From an uncultured virus (IMG/VR IMGVR_UViG_3300023176_002901) (taxonomy: Duplodnaviria > Heunggongvirae > Uroviricota > Caudoviricetes > Crassvirales): 20,000 nt of DNA. Below, piece after piece: positions 1 to 8,641 of the stretch. Within the stretch, counting starts at the first letter, position 1; each line of letters opens with the position of its first letter. A model generated the notes under the pieces. It was given only the letters and a program-made list of their open reading frames with translations. It made no database searches and was not told where the DNA came from. The stretch is from IMG/VR virus record IMGVR_UViG_3300023176_002901. One strand, 5' to 3'. Both the position numbers and the translations under genes were made by a program.

Positions 1-1
1 A

Positions 2-169
2 CGGAGAGCGTTGGTTGCTGGCATACCGAAGTGGTCGGTTGCTTTGTCCATCAAAATAAAGGAGTGGTTTTCTTCTCGTATTACGAGATGCCAACATCAA
101 GGTTAGCGGTGCGTTCTTACGCTTGAGAACATACGACTTGTCTTTAGTCGCTACATATTCTTTTGACAT
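2..169 (-). CDS. Conserved hypothetical phage protein downstream of the capsid gene (3'-truncated by window edge)
   Basis: Not in ORF track. ATG at 169 with A/T-rich leader; reads MSKEYVATKDKSYVLKRKNAPLTLMLASRNTRRKPLLYFDGQSNRPLRYASNQRSP with no stop to the edge; same strand as the operon. Confidence 0.8.
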   Translation of the reverse strand, partial: MSKEYVATKDKSYVLKRKNAPLTLMLASRNTRRKPLLYFDGQSNRPLRYASNQRSP

Positions 170-188
170 TTGATATGATTTAAGTTTT

Positions 189-220
189 AAAAAAAAAGGG
201 GGAGGGAAGAACCCTCCCCC
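189..220 (-). terminator. Rho-independent terminator after the major capsid gene
   Basis: Minus strand GGGGGAGGG-TTCTT-CCCTCCCCC (perfect 9-bp stem) followed by T9, about 20 nt after the capsid stop codon. Confidence 0.93.
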
Positions 221-239
221 ATTGGAATCCGATTAAGGA

Positions 240-1652
240 TTAGTCTTCGAACAATACGAAGTTGTTAGCACCCAAGGTACAAACAGCACGCTCAGACAAG
301 AAGTGAACCTCCATGGCATCCAAGCTAGAGGTAGCAGCACCACCAGCAGAGCCAGTCATCCAAGTCTTGTAGCGACGGTCTTCCGTTTCAGAAGCACGAT
401 AGCGAACGTGCAAGAAAGGACGCTTAGCGTTCTTGCCAAGGATTTGGTCGTAAACGGTCGTAGAACCAGCAGGAACCAACAAGCCGTTAATCTTACCACC
501 ATACAATCCACCGCGCATCGTGGGGTCGTTCAAGTATTTCCAGTCGGTCTTGTAGAAGTCATAACCGCGACGGAAGCCTTTGAAGCCGAGGTTCAAAGCC
601 ATAGTCTCGTCGTTGTCAAACAAACCGTAAGAAGTACCGCCCGTACCGTAGCTGTTTTGAGCAGCCAACATATCGTCAACGTCAAAGCCAAACTGACGGT
701 TCAAGAAGATTACGTTCTCCTCGATAGCGCCTTGCTTGTCCAAACGCTCGATGATGGTATCAAACTCAGCAAGAGTGGAGGGGTTACCACCTGACCATAC
801 GTTACCACGCTGGCCTACAACATAGAAGATACCTTCAGAGCCCTTGTTACCAACGTCGCCGGTAGCAGCAATAGCACCTGAACCAGTCTCAGCAGGAACT
901 GCTTCAACCATAGCGGTCTCCAAGTAGTCTTCAAAGCGCAAGCGAGTCTCGTGCTCAGACTTCAAATACCACAAGTAACCAGCAGCGCCGTTCTCCGTGG
1001 TAACCTCAACCCACCCGATTTGAGCCATGTCAGAACCAGATACAGCGTACTTGTCCTTGATGATGATGGGGCTGTTCTCGAAGATTTCGTCGTCAGCCTC
1101 GAGGCTTCCGCTCATGCCTTCGGTGCCCTTCTTGAACTCAGAACCGTAAACAAACAAAGAACAAGCCGTAGCAGCAGCAAAAGTCTGACCGCCTGCCTCG
1201 TAGTATGCAACGTCAATAGTTCCAGCGCCAGTGTCTACAGCAGTAACAATAGCCTTGTTGGAGTTGTTGGCCGTAGCGTTCTGAGAAACCATGATGGTTT
1301 GTCCAACGCGAATCGCAATGCTACCGGAGCCGGGAACAAGCGTGTCGTTGATGGTCAACGTAGCCGTGTCAGCCGCAGCAGATGCAGCAGAAGTTACGTT
1401 GGTGTACTTGGTGTGCAAACGACCCTGCTCTGCCCATTTGATAAGGTCAGAGTTAGAGGGCATTTCTGCACCTACCATGCGCAAGAAAGATGCTATAGTA
1501 CGGTTACCATAGCGCTCGAACTCCTTCTCGTAGGTATCGGGAAGATACTGGTTCAAGAAGTCGAAGTTCGTGATGTAGTTGGTGCTAAGAAGCACCTGCT
1601 CAGCACTGGGCTGTAAAGCGTAGCCGGGTACTGATTGTAATGAACCTGCCAT
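240..1652 (-). CDS. Major capsid protein (putative)
   Basis: 470 aa; position after terminase-portal-scaffold; followed by strong terminator; strongly biased codon usage (long antisense shadow ORFs); size and sequence style like capsid proteins of Bacteroidota phages. Confidence 0.82.
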   Translation of the reverse strand: MAGSLQSVPGYALQPSAEQVLLSTNYITNFDFLNQYLPDTYEKEFERYGNRTIASFLRMVGAEMPSNSDLIKWAEQGRLHTKYTNVTSAASAAADTATLTINDTLVPGSGSIAIRVGQTIMVSQNATANNSNKAIVTAVDTGAGTIDVAYYEAGGQTFAAATACSLFVYGSEFKKGTEGMSGSLEADDEIFENSPIIIKDKYAVSGSDMAQIGWVEVTTENGAAGYLWYLKSEHETRLRFEDYLETAMVEAVPAETGSGAIAATGDVGNKGSEGIFYVVGQRGNVWSGGNPSTLAEFDTIIERLDKQGAIEENVIFLNRQFGFDVDDMLAAQNSYGTGGTSYGLFDNDETMALNLGFKGFRRGYDFYKTDWKYLNDPTMRGGLYGGKINGLLVPAGSTTVYDQILGKNAKRPFLHVRYRASETEDRRYKTWMTGSAGGAATSSLDAMEVHFLSERAVCTLGANNFVLFED

Positions 1653-1672
1653 TTTTTGTCAGATTTAAAGGG

Positions 1673-2749
1673 TTATTTTTTTCTTATTTTAAGACCTCTT
1701 CCAGAATCTGGAGAGAGGGATGCAACCTTGAATCCGCCTTTGCTAACGGTTTGTGGAGATTGTCTAACGTCCATATTAATGTTCTTAGACTTTCTAGACA
1801 AATCGTCAACAGCGTCAGACATGCCCTGTTCGTAGAAGAACTTGGCAAATCTTTCTGGATTCATGGCTACGGCCAAAGCCTTGTGGTATGCGCCGGCGTT
1901 TTCAATTAGACCATCTTCATTAGTAAACTTCTTAAAGAAATTCATAATATCAGATTGCGCCTTCTTTAGTTCCGCAGCTTCAGCTGGAGAAAAGTTGAAC
2001 GTCTTATCGTTGACATTAAATTCAAAACCTTTGAACCCGTCACCGAAGACCTCATCTGTCTTTCGCTGAAACCATTCGTATCGTTTCTGATTCTCCTCCT
2101 CGACACCCTTGGCATTTGACATATATTCTCTATAAGCTTCGAGCTCTTCTTGGCTGACTCCAGAAGTGGCATCCGTACTTGACTCAAGTGGCGCTTTATA
2201 CTTCTCTCGTTGTTCCTTAAAGTGCTGCTTAGCTTTTGCGAGCTCTTTTTTCTTGGCTAATTTTTTACGCTTAACATCAGCCTCATCGTCCAAGTCCTCA
2301 TCGTAATGAAACTTTTCGTTTAGCATGAACTCAATATCTTCCGAGTCTAAGTCGGATTCAATTGCGGCGTAATAGTTAGCCAATAATTCGTCTGGGTCTT
2401 TGTCATCTATGTTCTCGTTTAGTCTAACGAAATCATTGATACCTCGACCCGTTTCCTTTTTGTACTTAAGATAGGCTGCGACATCCTCGGGAAGTTCTGA
2501 AGATTCTTGTCTGACTTCAATTAAATCGTCTAGCGATTTAATCTCTCTGCCGTATCTGTTTCCAATAAATGAAAGAACGTCTTCCTCTTTTAATTCTTGC
2601 GTTGACTCTGTCGTTGTCTCTTGTGGTTCAACAACTTCGTCTTGTTGTGATTGATTCAGCTCAGCTTCATGCTTATCCAAAAGTTCTTGCTCGACCTCTT
2701 GGACAGACTTGGCTTCAATAGAACCAACCTCTTTTACCTTAAATTCCAT
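1673..2749 (-). CDS. Scaffolding-like head assembly protein (putative)
   Basis: 358 aa, very acidic, helical/coiled-coil-like, basic C-terminus (GRGLKIRKK); lies between portal and capsid genes. Confidence 0.6.
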   Translation of the reverse strand: MEFKVKEVGSIEAKSVQEVEQELLDKHEAELNQSQQDEVVEPQETTTESTQELKEEDVLSFIGNRYGREIKSLDDLIEVRQESSELPEDVAAYLKYKKETGRGINDFVRLNENIDDKDPDELLANYYAAIESDLDSEDIEFMLNEKFHYDEDLDDEADVKRKKLAKKKELAKAKQHFKEQREKYKAPLESSTDATSGVSQEELEAYREYMSNAKGVEEENQKRYEWFQRKTDEVFGDGFKGFEFNVNDKTFNFSPAEAAELKKAQSDIMNFFKKFTNEDGLIENAGAYHKALAVAMNPERFAKFFYEQGMSDAVDDLSRKSKNINMDVRQSPQTVSKGGFKVASLSPDSGRGLKIRKK

Positions 2750-2765
2750 AGATTTGATTTTGATA

Positions 2766-2773
2766 CAAAATTA
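2766..2773 (-). promoter_or_regulatory. Bacteroidota-type -7 promoter element for scaffold-capsid unit
   Basis: TAATTTTG matches TAnnTTTG; lies in the 42-nt gap between portal and scaffold, 16 nt before the ATG. Confidence 0.7.
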
Positions 2774-2791
2774 TAACAAAAAAATGAACCC

Positions 2792-5227
2792 TTATCTGGG
2801 CTCAAATTCTGCAAAGTCAAAGCCATCCAACGAGTCTTCGTTTGATTCAAAGTTGATGGAGGGCAATGTTTTTTGGCGCTGCTCTATGAGCTTAGACTGC
2901 TGAGTATTTTGTCGGTCAATTCTCTTGGCCTTCTCGTCCTCTTTCATCTTGTCTCTCTCCGTCAAGGCCCCAACCTCTACGCCCTTAATGCGCATCTGGT
3001 ATGAGAACTCTTCGGCCATCAAAGACTTCTTCAGTTCTGCCTCATTGCGCATCTTTTCAATTTCGAATGCAATCTCGGCCTGCTTAACCTGCATCTTAGA
3101 TTGAGACTCGAGTTGTATTTTTTGAGCAGCAATCTCAGCAGCCATCTGTTGTGACTGCATATTTATCTGAGCCTGAGCTTGTTGCTTCTGCATCTCTGCC
3201 ATTTGCATTTGCTCAAAGTTCTTAGCCCTCTTAACCTTTAGAAGCTGGTTTGCAAGCTTCAAGTTTTTAACCTCGCGAATATCAATGGCATCCTCAAGAC
3301 TAATATCTCCCTTCGACAATGCCATCTGGATATTTGCTTCAAGCTGCGCCTTCTGCTCTTCGTCTGGAGAAACCTCAATAAAGATTCCGAAGTCGTAAAT
3401 GTAGAGGTCTTTAATCTGGTCAAGTATTCTAACGTTGTACTTGCCAATCTGCATCGTGAACTCTTCCTTAAAGTCTGAGTACTGCAAGATGTCCGCAACA
3501 CGACAAGACAAAGCCTCGGCGAGCGAGCGAGTCATAAATAGGCTCCCCTCCAAAATGTGTCGGGTCGCCGTATTTGAGTTAAGAGCAGCAAGCTTCTGCA
3601 CGCCAACGAGAGCGTTGGGGTCTGGTGTAGAACCATCCCTCGCTTCATTAAGGCCAGTCACCGCACGAATCATATCCATGTAGTGGTTGTAATTCCCAAT
3701 GAGAGCCGCCATCTTGGATTGCCCAGAGCTGGCTGTCAACTGCTGAATCGGTACGCGAGCATTATTAAACTCACCATCCTGAGTATAGGAACGACCAACC
3801 ACGCTACCGGTTTGGAAATATAGGCGTAGTGCGTCCTCTGGGTTGTATGCTGCCCCCGTTCCGAGGTCAACCTCATTCAGGCCATCTGCATCAATGAAGA
3901 CGCCATCAGGGACAACCTTCGATATTACTTGCTGTAGCTTGAGGTGTGTGAGCTGAATCAAGTCAGCGAATGGAATCATTCTTCTAACCAAAGACTCGAT
4001 GTTACCCTTGTACATTCTGGGAGCAACAGCAATATAATTTGGAAGGGCATTCTGCGTAGCTGACTTTGGACGAACCATGTTCTCCATCATCTGCCACTTG
4101 AGCATGATGTTTGTTCCCATCACCATGACGCCCTCATACCATACATCGATGGTTTTTTCCACCTTTTCGAACTTTCCGTCCTGCATCATTTCTACAGGTG
4201 GGTTAAAGGTGTCATCCTTCTCAATGACTCTAGAGCCGCCGGTTTCGTTTATCTTTTTCTTGTAGACAAACTTCTTAGTTGTCTTGTAATTGAAATACAA
4301 CAACGTTGCCGTGTCCTTGTAGAAGATGTCGTTCTCATAGAACTGTGCAACATTATAATAATCATACCAGCTTTGGCTATACTGAGAAATTTCTTCAAGG
4401 TCCTTGTTTGTGAGCGATGGGTCAATCTTAATTAATTCCGTAATTGGAAGTGTTTTAATCTCTCCCCAGTAGAAGCAATCTCTAAAGTATGGGTCCTCTG
4501 TATAACTATAAACCACATTAGCTGGGTCTACATAGCTAACTCTAACGCCATCCCCCGCAAGGAACTCGTGCTTGATTGTTCCAACGCCAATGGTTGCAAT
4601 GTCATAGTCCACCCGTCTGCGTGTGTCATCGTAATGATTTTCCGCAAGCAATGTGTTGATGGCTTCCTCTTCAGCTATCTCAATGGATGGCTTATACTTT
4701 AACTGCATGTGCAGCTTAAGCTCGTCCTCATCTCTGGGGAGTTCCATTGGGTTAACATTAAATGGATTGATGCCAAACGCTTCAGACATTTTTGTCAAAG
4801 CATCTTTCGCAACCATATCGCCTTCTACGACATCTTGATATTGGTTTCTCTTCTCTGCCGATACCGCATCCTGAGCGTATGCTTTTACCGTGAATAGTCT
4901 GTCAGACATACCGTTTACAACGATGTCTACAAACTTTGGAAGGATTGGAACTGGCGTCCAGTCTAGGTTCAAATAACTAAGGTCACCGTCAATAGCCAGC
5001 TCATTTTTGTATTTAGCAACCGACTGCTCTCCCCTAGCATATAGTCTCAAGCGATTGAAGTCTCTCCACTGGTTGTAGTACCTACAGCCGTTTCCATCTT
5101 TACGGAACCATTCGTATTGAATGGCTTGGCCTATCTGTAGGCCGAACTCATCCGTGGCTTTCTCTGAATCAGAAACAAATTGACTTGGAAACCCAGTGGC
5201 TGATATATTTACTTTAACTTCTTTCAT
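2792..5227 (-). CDS. Portal protein (putative)
   Basis: 811 aa directly after terminase (ATGA overlap); long Q/E/K-rich C-terminal coiled coil like the barrel of P22/crAss-type portals. Confidence 0.82.
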   Translation of the reverse strand: MKEVKVNISATGFPSQFVSDSEKATDEFGLQIGQAIQYEWFRKDGNGCRYYNQWRDFNRLRLYARGEQSVAKYKNELAIDGDLSYLNLDWTPVPILPKFVDIVVNGMSDRLFTVKAYAQDAVSAEKRNQYQDVVEGDMVAKDALTKMSEAFGINPFNVNPMELPRDEDELKLHMQLKYKPSIEIAEEEAINTLLAENHYDDTRRRVDYDIATIGVGTIKHEFLAGDGVRVSYVDPANVVYSYTEDPYFRDCFYWGEIKTLPITELIKIDPSLTNKDLEEISQYSQSWYDYYNVAQFYENDIFYKDTATLLYFNYKTTKKFVYKKKINETGGSRVIEKDDTFNPPVEMMQDGKFEKVEKTIDVWYEGVMVMGTNIMLKWQMMENMVRPKSATQNALPNYIAVAPRMYKGNIESLVRRMIPFADLIQLTHLKLQQVISKVVPDGVFIDADGLNEVDLGTGAAYNPEDALRLYFQTGSVVGRSYTQDGEFNNARVPIQQLTASSGQSKMAALIGNYNHYMDMIRAVTGLNEARDGSTPDPNALVGVQKLAALNSNTATRHILEGSLFMTRSLAEALSCRVADILQYSDFKEEFTMQIGKYNVRILDQIKDLYIYDFGIFIEVSPDEEQKAQLEANIQMALSKGDISLEDAIDIREVKNLKLANQLLKVKRAKNFEQMQMAEMQKQQAQAQINMQSQQMAAEIAAQKIQLESQSKMQVKQAEIAFEIEKMRNEAELKKSLMAEEFSYQMRIKGVEVGALTERDKMKEDEKAKRIDRQNTQQSKLIEQRQKTLPSINFESNEDSLDGFDFAEFEPR

Positions 5228-7506
5228 CTGTTGACAAGTTCACTTTGGAAGCCCTTGTTATTATATCTAGCAAAGTTAATGCTTATTTTAGTTTCCTTTT
5301 TCTCAGGCTGATATAGATGCTTTTGGTTTGCCATAATTGCCAATCCAGAACTAATCGTAGCGTCAAACTTTGTTCTATTGTTTATATCGAAGCGAGCCCA
5401 GTCCTCCAGTGTCCTGTTAAAATACATAGAGCCAACCTCCTCCGAGTCCCTATATGTGCCCTCTAAATCTAAGCCAACATATTTTTCTATATAAGACTCT
5501 ATAGCAGACGCGTGCGCCTGTTTTACCTCTTCGCTTGAGTTGGGTATACCCCCAAGTTCGCGCTCAGATTTTGATAATTTAGTGAAGTGCTTGTCAGGTC
5601 TGTTCATGCTAAAATTTCTATACCCCCTATTCTTAAAGTGATATAAAAGCCTTGGCTTGTTGTTTTCTGCCAACACGGGCATACCATAAAACACACACGC
5701 CATAAGAACATCTTCAAAAAATATTTCTGCTGTCTGCGGTCTGGCAACATACTCTAGGAAAAACTCATTAGAGGGGGCGTCGTCCATGTTGAACTTAGTC
5801 ATCCCGTGCAGAGCCCCATTAGAACCCCCGCCGCCTACTACTCCAGATATATCATAGGAGTCACAGCCAAACGAACCAATGTGTTCGTTGCCGGGGAAAC
5901 GTACTCCATTACGCATCAGTACATTGTTTTGCATTCTGGCTGATGGTATCCAGCTAACTTTAAACCTCCCCCTCGGGTCTGGAGTCCATATGACCTTCGT
6001 GTCCTTTATGCCATCCTTCCAATGAAACGAGCCAACGGTTATAAAGTGCTCTTTGATTGTGGCGTCATTAAAGTCAATCTGCTGATATATCTTGGTTAGA
6101 TTGAATATAGACTGCTTACTCTCGTCCCTGAAGGCGTGAGACTCCGTTCTGGGGAACTGACGGTAGAATTCGTTTAGCGCATCTGGGTCTGACTTTAGTG
6201 AGGCTACCTCATTTTCCCAGTAGTCAATAGCTCCTATTTTTATCATGTCCCCATCTATGCCCACAATGGGGTTATCTGGTGTCTGTAAAACAGGCATGCC
6301 GTGCTTATCTATGTACCCCTCGAAGTTCCACTCCATTGGGATGAATAGAGAATAGAGCCCACTCTTTGTCTGCCCATTCGGGCTGCGCTTTGTTGTATCC
6401 GAATCGTAATACAGTTTCTTAAAGTTATCACCGCCCTTATCCAGTGCGTTAGACGTAGAGCCCATCATGCACTTACCAATAACTTTTGAGCCCAACCGCA
6501 AACAAGTTTTAGTGACCCGCCAATTGTTAAGGATGTTGTCTGGCTTCATCCACTTACCTGATTCGTCGTGAACAAGGAGCTGTAGCTTCTCGCCGTCATA
6601 ACTGTTGTCTGCCGTATTGCGCCAGTCGATAGTAGTATTAAGGCCCTCCACATCATCCACCTCCGTGTTGGACATGTTCTTCTTGGTAATTTTAGATGCC
6701 GGTATTCTGTATGCAAGCTCTGTCTTCGGCTTGTCCATGCCATCCATAATCGGGCGAAAGAAGAACGGAAGGTTGCTGTTGATGGGAACAACCTTGTCGG
6801 TAAACATCTTTTTGGCGTCGGTACCAGTCTTTGACAGGATGCCAATCCTTGAGTCTTTTGCGACTGTTGCCATGTTCACGCACTCCGACGAGCCCATAAA
6901 TGAAAATCCAGAACGACGAATCTTCAGATAGCACATTCCAAATGCCCTAGGGTCAGCCTTAACAGCTTCCCAGAAAATAAAGAATATCCTGTTGGCCTCT
7001 CGAAAGTCTGGATTACCAACGTCAATCTTTGTCCACTGCAAGTACATATAGTGGGAGCCCGTTATATACGTCGGCTCTCCGTCATTCATAAACCAGAAAC
7101 CCTGCTCGCGTCTATCGAACTCTCCCTCAATGTAGTCTACCCATTTAGACTTGAACTCGTTTGACTTTTCGTGCCATTGGAATATGGACTTTATCTTGTT
7201 GAGTTCTGCTGGGTAATCAAACGCCTCCCAGTATTGCTCATCCGCTTTTTTGTCTCTAGCATAAACCTCCTTAGGTACCGCCGGAAGGGCGACTGCCAGA
7301 TTTGATATCAGATATATATCACCAATAGTCCCGTCCTTCGAGATGACCACCATGTCGTTCTTCTCGTCATAACCATACTGCCAAGAACGCGCCTTATTTT
7401 TTTTATTCCTTAAAGCGGTGGGTATATAGTCCGGTAGGATGTAATAGATGCTATTTTGCTCTTCGTTCTGCAAAGCCCTGCTTACTTTGAGTTGTTTGTT
7501 CACCAA
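5224..7506 (-). CDS. terL: Terminase large subunit (start uncertain: TTG 7506, GTG 7503 or TTG 7473)
   Basis: Walker A-like KIRRSGFS, Walker B LLVHDESGK, motif III GST, nuclease acidic motifs FGCDSYD and KFDATIS; upstream of portal. Confidence 0.92.
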   Translation of the reverse strand: MVNKQLKVSRALQNEEQNSIYYILPDYIPTALRNKKNKARSWQYGYDEKNDMVVISKDGTIGDIYLISNLAVALPAVPKEVYARDKKADEQYWEAFDYPAELNKIKSIFQWHEKSNEFKSKWVDYIEGEFDRREQGFWFMNDGEPTYITGSHYMYLQWTKIDVGNPDFREANRIFFIFWEAVKADPRAFGMCYLKIRRSGFSFMGSSECVNMATVAKDSRIGILSKTGTDAKKMFTDKVVPINSNLPFFFRPIMDGMDKPKTELAYRIPASKITKKNMSNTEVDDVEGLNTTIDWRNTADNSYDGEKLQLLVHDESGKWMKPDNILNNWRVTKTCLRLGSKVIGKCMMGSTSNALDKGGDNFKKLYYDSDTTKRSPNGQTKSGLYSLFIPMEWNFEGYIDKHGMPVLQTPDNPIVGIDGDMIKIGAIDYWENEVASLKSDPDALNEFYRQFPRTESHAFRDESKQSIFNLTKIYQQIDFNDATIKEHFITVGSFHWKDGIKDTKVIWTPDPRGRFKVSWIPSARMQNNVLMRNGVRFPGNEHIGSFGCDSYDISGVVGGGGSNGALHGMTKFNMDDAPSNEFFLEYVARPQTAEIFFEDVLMACVFYGMPVLAENNKPRLLYHFKNRGYRNFSMNRPDKHFTKLSKSERELGGIPNSSEEVKQAHASAIESYIEKYVGLDLEGTYRDSEEVGSMYFNRTLEDWARFDINNRTKFDATISSGLAIMANQKHLYQPEKKETKISINFARYNNKGFQSELVNR
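5271..5278 (-). promoter_or_regulatory. Possible internal -7 promoter element for portal, inside terL 3' end
   Basis: TAACTTTG matches TAnnTTTG, 43 nt upstream of the portal ATG; it is within coding sequence so may be chance. Confidence 0.4.
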
Positions 7507-7735
7507 TAGAATCTCCGCTTAACGCGGCCTTCTCTTGTTCTATTCTTGATAAAATTTCAAACGCATCAAAGATTGCCAGCTTCTTTGTTGCTGCGGCATT
7601 CTTTAGTCGGTCCGCAGCCAGCTCGCTGTCCGGGTCATCGTGAACAATGATTCCCTCCTCAGCAACCTTAATAAGCTCTTCTACAGCCCGCTGGCCAGCC
7701 CTTATGATTCGCTCTTTAATTTCATTTGAATTCAT
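7451..7735 (-). CDS. Terminase small subunit (putative), 94 aa
   Basis: Start reassigned to ATG 7735 (TAATG overlap with upstream gene); helical protein immediately upstream of and overlapping terL. Function is by position only. Confidence 0.55.
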   Translation of the reverse strand: MNSNEIKERIIRAGQRAVEELIKVAEEGIIVHDDPDSELAADRLKNAAATKKLAIFDAFEILSRIEQEKAALSGDSIGEQTTQSKQGFAERRAK

Positions 7736-8298
7736 TACAGCAAGATACAAATGTTTTTGCTGTTCATCCTATAGAGCTTTTCTCCGTCTATCTCAAACTC
7801 ATACTCCGTCCCCGGCGTATAGACCACCTCGTCACCAACTGACAGTCCCATTTGAGACAGGTCTTGAGTTATGTATTTTATACGCCCAACTAGCGGTTCC
7901 TTTGATGAGGTCTTGTGTAAGTAGTAGTCTTTCTTGTCTGATGGAGACAAAAAACAATACTTACCCATAGACTTCCACTCTTCTCCATTGTGAAACATAA
8001 AGAACTGGTCCTCGTCTACAAAAAACAAATCGCCACCAAGGAAGCTTCTTCCGCTTCGCTCTCTGCCGCGCATATCATTGTAAAACTTAAACACATTGTG
8101 GTGCACCAGCAATGTGTCACCAACCTTTATCTCTCCAGAATAATGAGCAGGAACCTCAACAACTTCAGCGAACCTATTCGATACCCTGTGGTCTTCCTTT
8201 GATGAGCTAATAATAAATTCAATTCCGCCAAAATCACGGACGTTGTCGTATCTGCGTCCGCTTACTGGCTTAACAATAAAGTAGAATGGAGAGCGCAT
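7735..8298 (-). CDS. GroES-like co-chaperonin with two tandem GroES-type domains
   Basis: Two copies of the GroES pattern: FIVKP...AEVVEVP...IKVGDTLLV and CFLSP...GRIKYI...LSVGDEVVYTPGTEYEFEIDGEKLYRMNSKNICIL (cf. GroES VKVGDxVxF...EVKIDGEEYLIMxExDILA). Confidence 0.68.
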   Translation of the reverse strand: MRSPFYFIVKPVSGRRYDNVRDFGGIEFIISSSKEDHRVSNRFAEVVEVPAHYSGEIKVGDTLLVHHNVFKFYNDMRGRERSGRSFLGGDLFFVDEDQFFMFHNGEEWKSMGKYCFLSPSDKKDYYLHKTSSKEPLVGRIKYITQDLSQMGLSVGDEVVYTPGTEYEFEIDGEKLYRMNSKNICILL

Positions 8299-8399
8299 CA
8301 GCTACCACATGAATCGCATTCGGGGTTGTCAATACTGCAAGCAGGAGTAACGGGTTCTTGTGCCAACTCTCCGAGCCAGCTGTCGAATGAATCTTTCAT
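8298..8399 (-). CDS. 33-aa acidic Cys peptide resembling the ribonucleotide reductase alpha-subunit C-terminal tail
   Basis: Not in ORF track. MKDSFDSWLGELAQEPVTPACSIDNPECDSCGS*; ATG 4 nt after upstream stop and TGATG overlap with downstream gene, filling the gap exactly. Confidence 0.8.
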   Translation of the reverse strand: MKDSFDSWLGELAQEPVTPACSIDNPECDSCGS

Positions 8400-8403
8400 G
8401 TGT

Positions 8404-8628
8404 TTAAAAATTGATGTTATACTCTATAGATATGGGCATGTTTTCATTGAACTCCTTCCAAAGAAAGACCTCATTGTCCGCTTCCACCCAAACTTTTATG
8501 CTGCCTGTTGAGCTATCTCTTTTTATCAGATGTATCTTGTGTGAGCCACCCAGAACCTCTTGCTCAACAATATAATGCATGGCGCCAGACTTATAATCGG
8601 CGCCAACCGATATCTTGCGAATGTCCAT
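8404..8628 (-). CDS. Hypothetical protein, 74 aa, beta-rich
   Basis: ATG with A/T-rich leader; tiles the operon without overlap conflicts. Confidence 0.8.
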   Translation of the reverse strand: MDIRKISVGADYKSGAMHYIVEQEVLGGSHKIHLIKRDSSTGSIKVWVEADNEVFLWKEFNENMPISIEYNINF

Positions 8629-8641
8629 TATTTAATTAAAA

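Noticed and set aside
74..88. Palindrome TCTCGTA-T-TACGAGA
   Set aside because: Single copy inside coding sequence; a 7-bp arm palindrome is expected by chance in 20 kb.
303..1616. Long plus-strand ORFs (303-794, 951-1616) opposite the capsid gene
   Set aside because: Antisense shadows of a codon-biased gene; no recognisable motifs or expression signals.
240..7506. Stop-codon reassignment as in some crAss-like phages
   Set aside because: Terminase, portal and capsid are intact in the standard code, and TAA, TAG and TGA all end genes at sensible positions.
5224..7506. Intein or intron in the long terminase gene
   Set aside because: Continuous ORF; no intein splice-junction motifs or homing-endonuclease signature seen between the ATPase and nuclease motifs.
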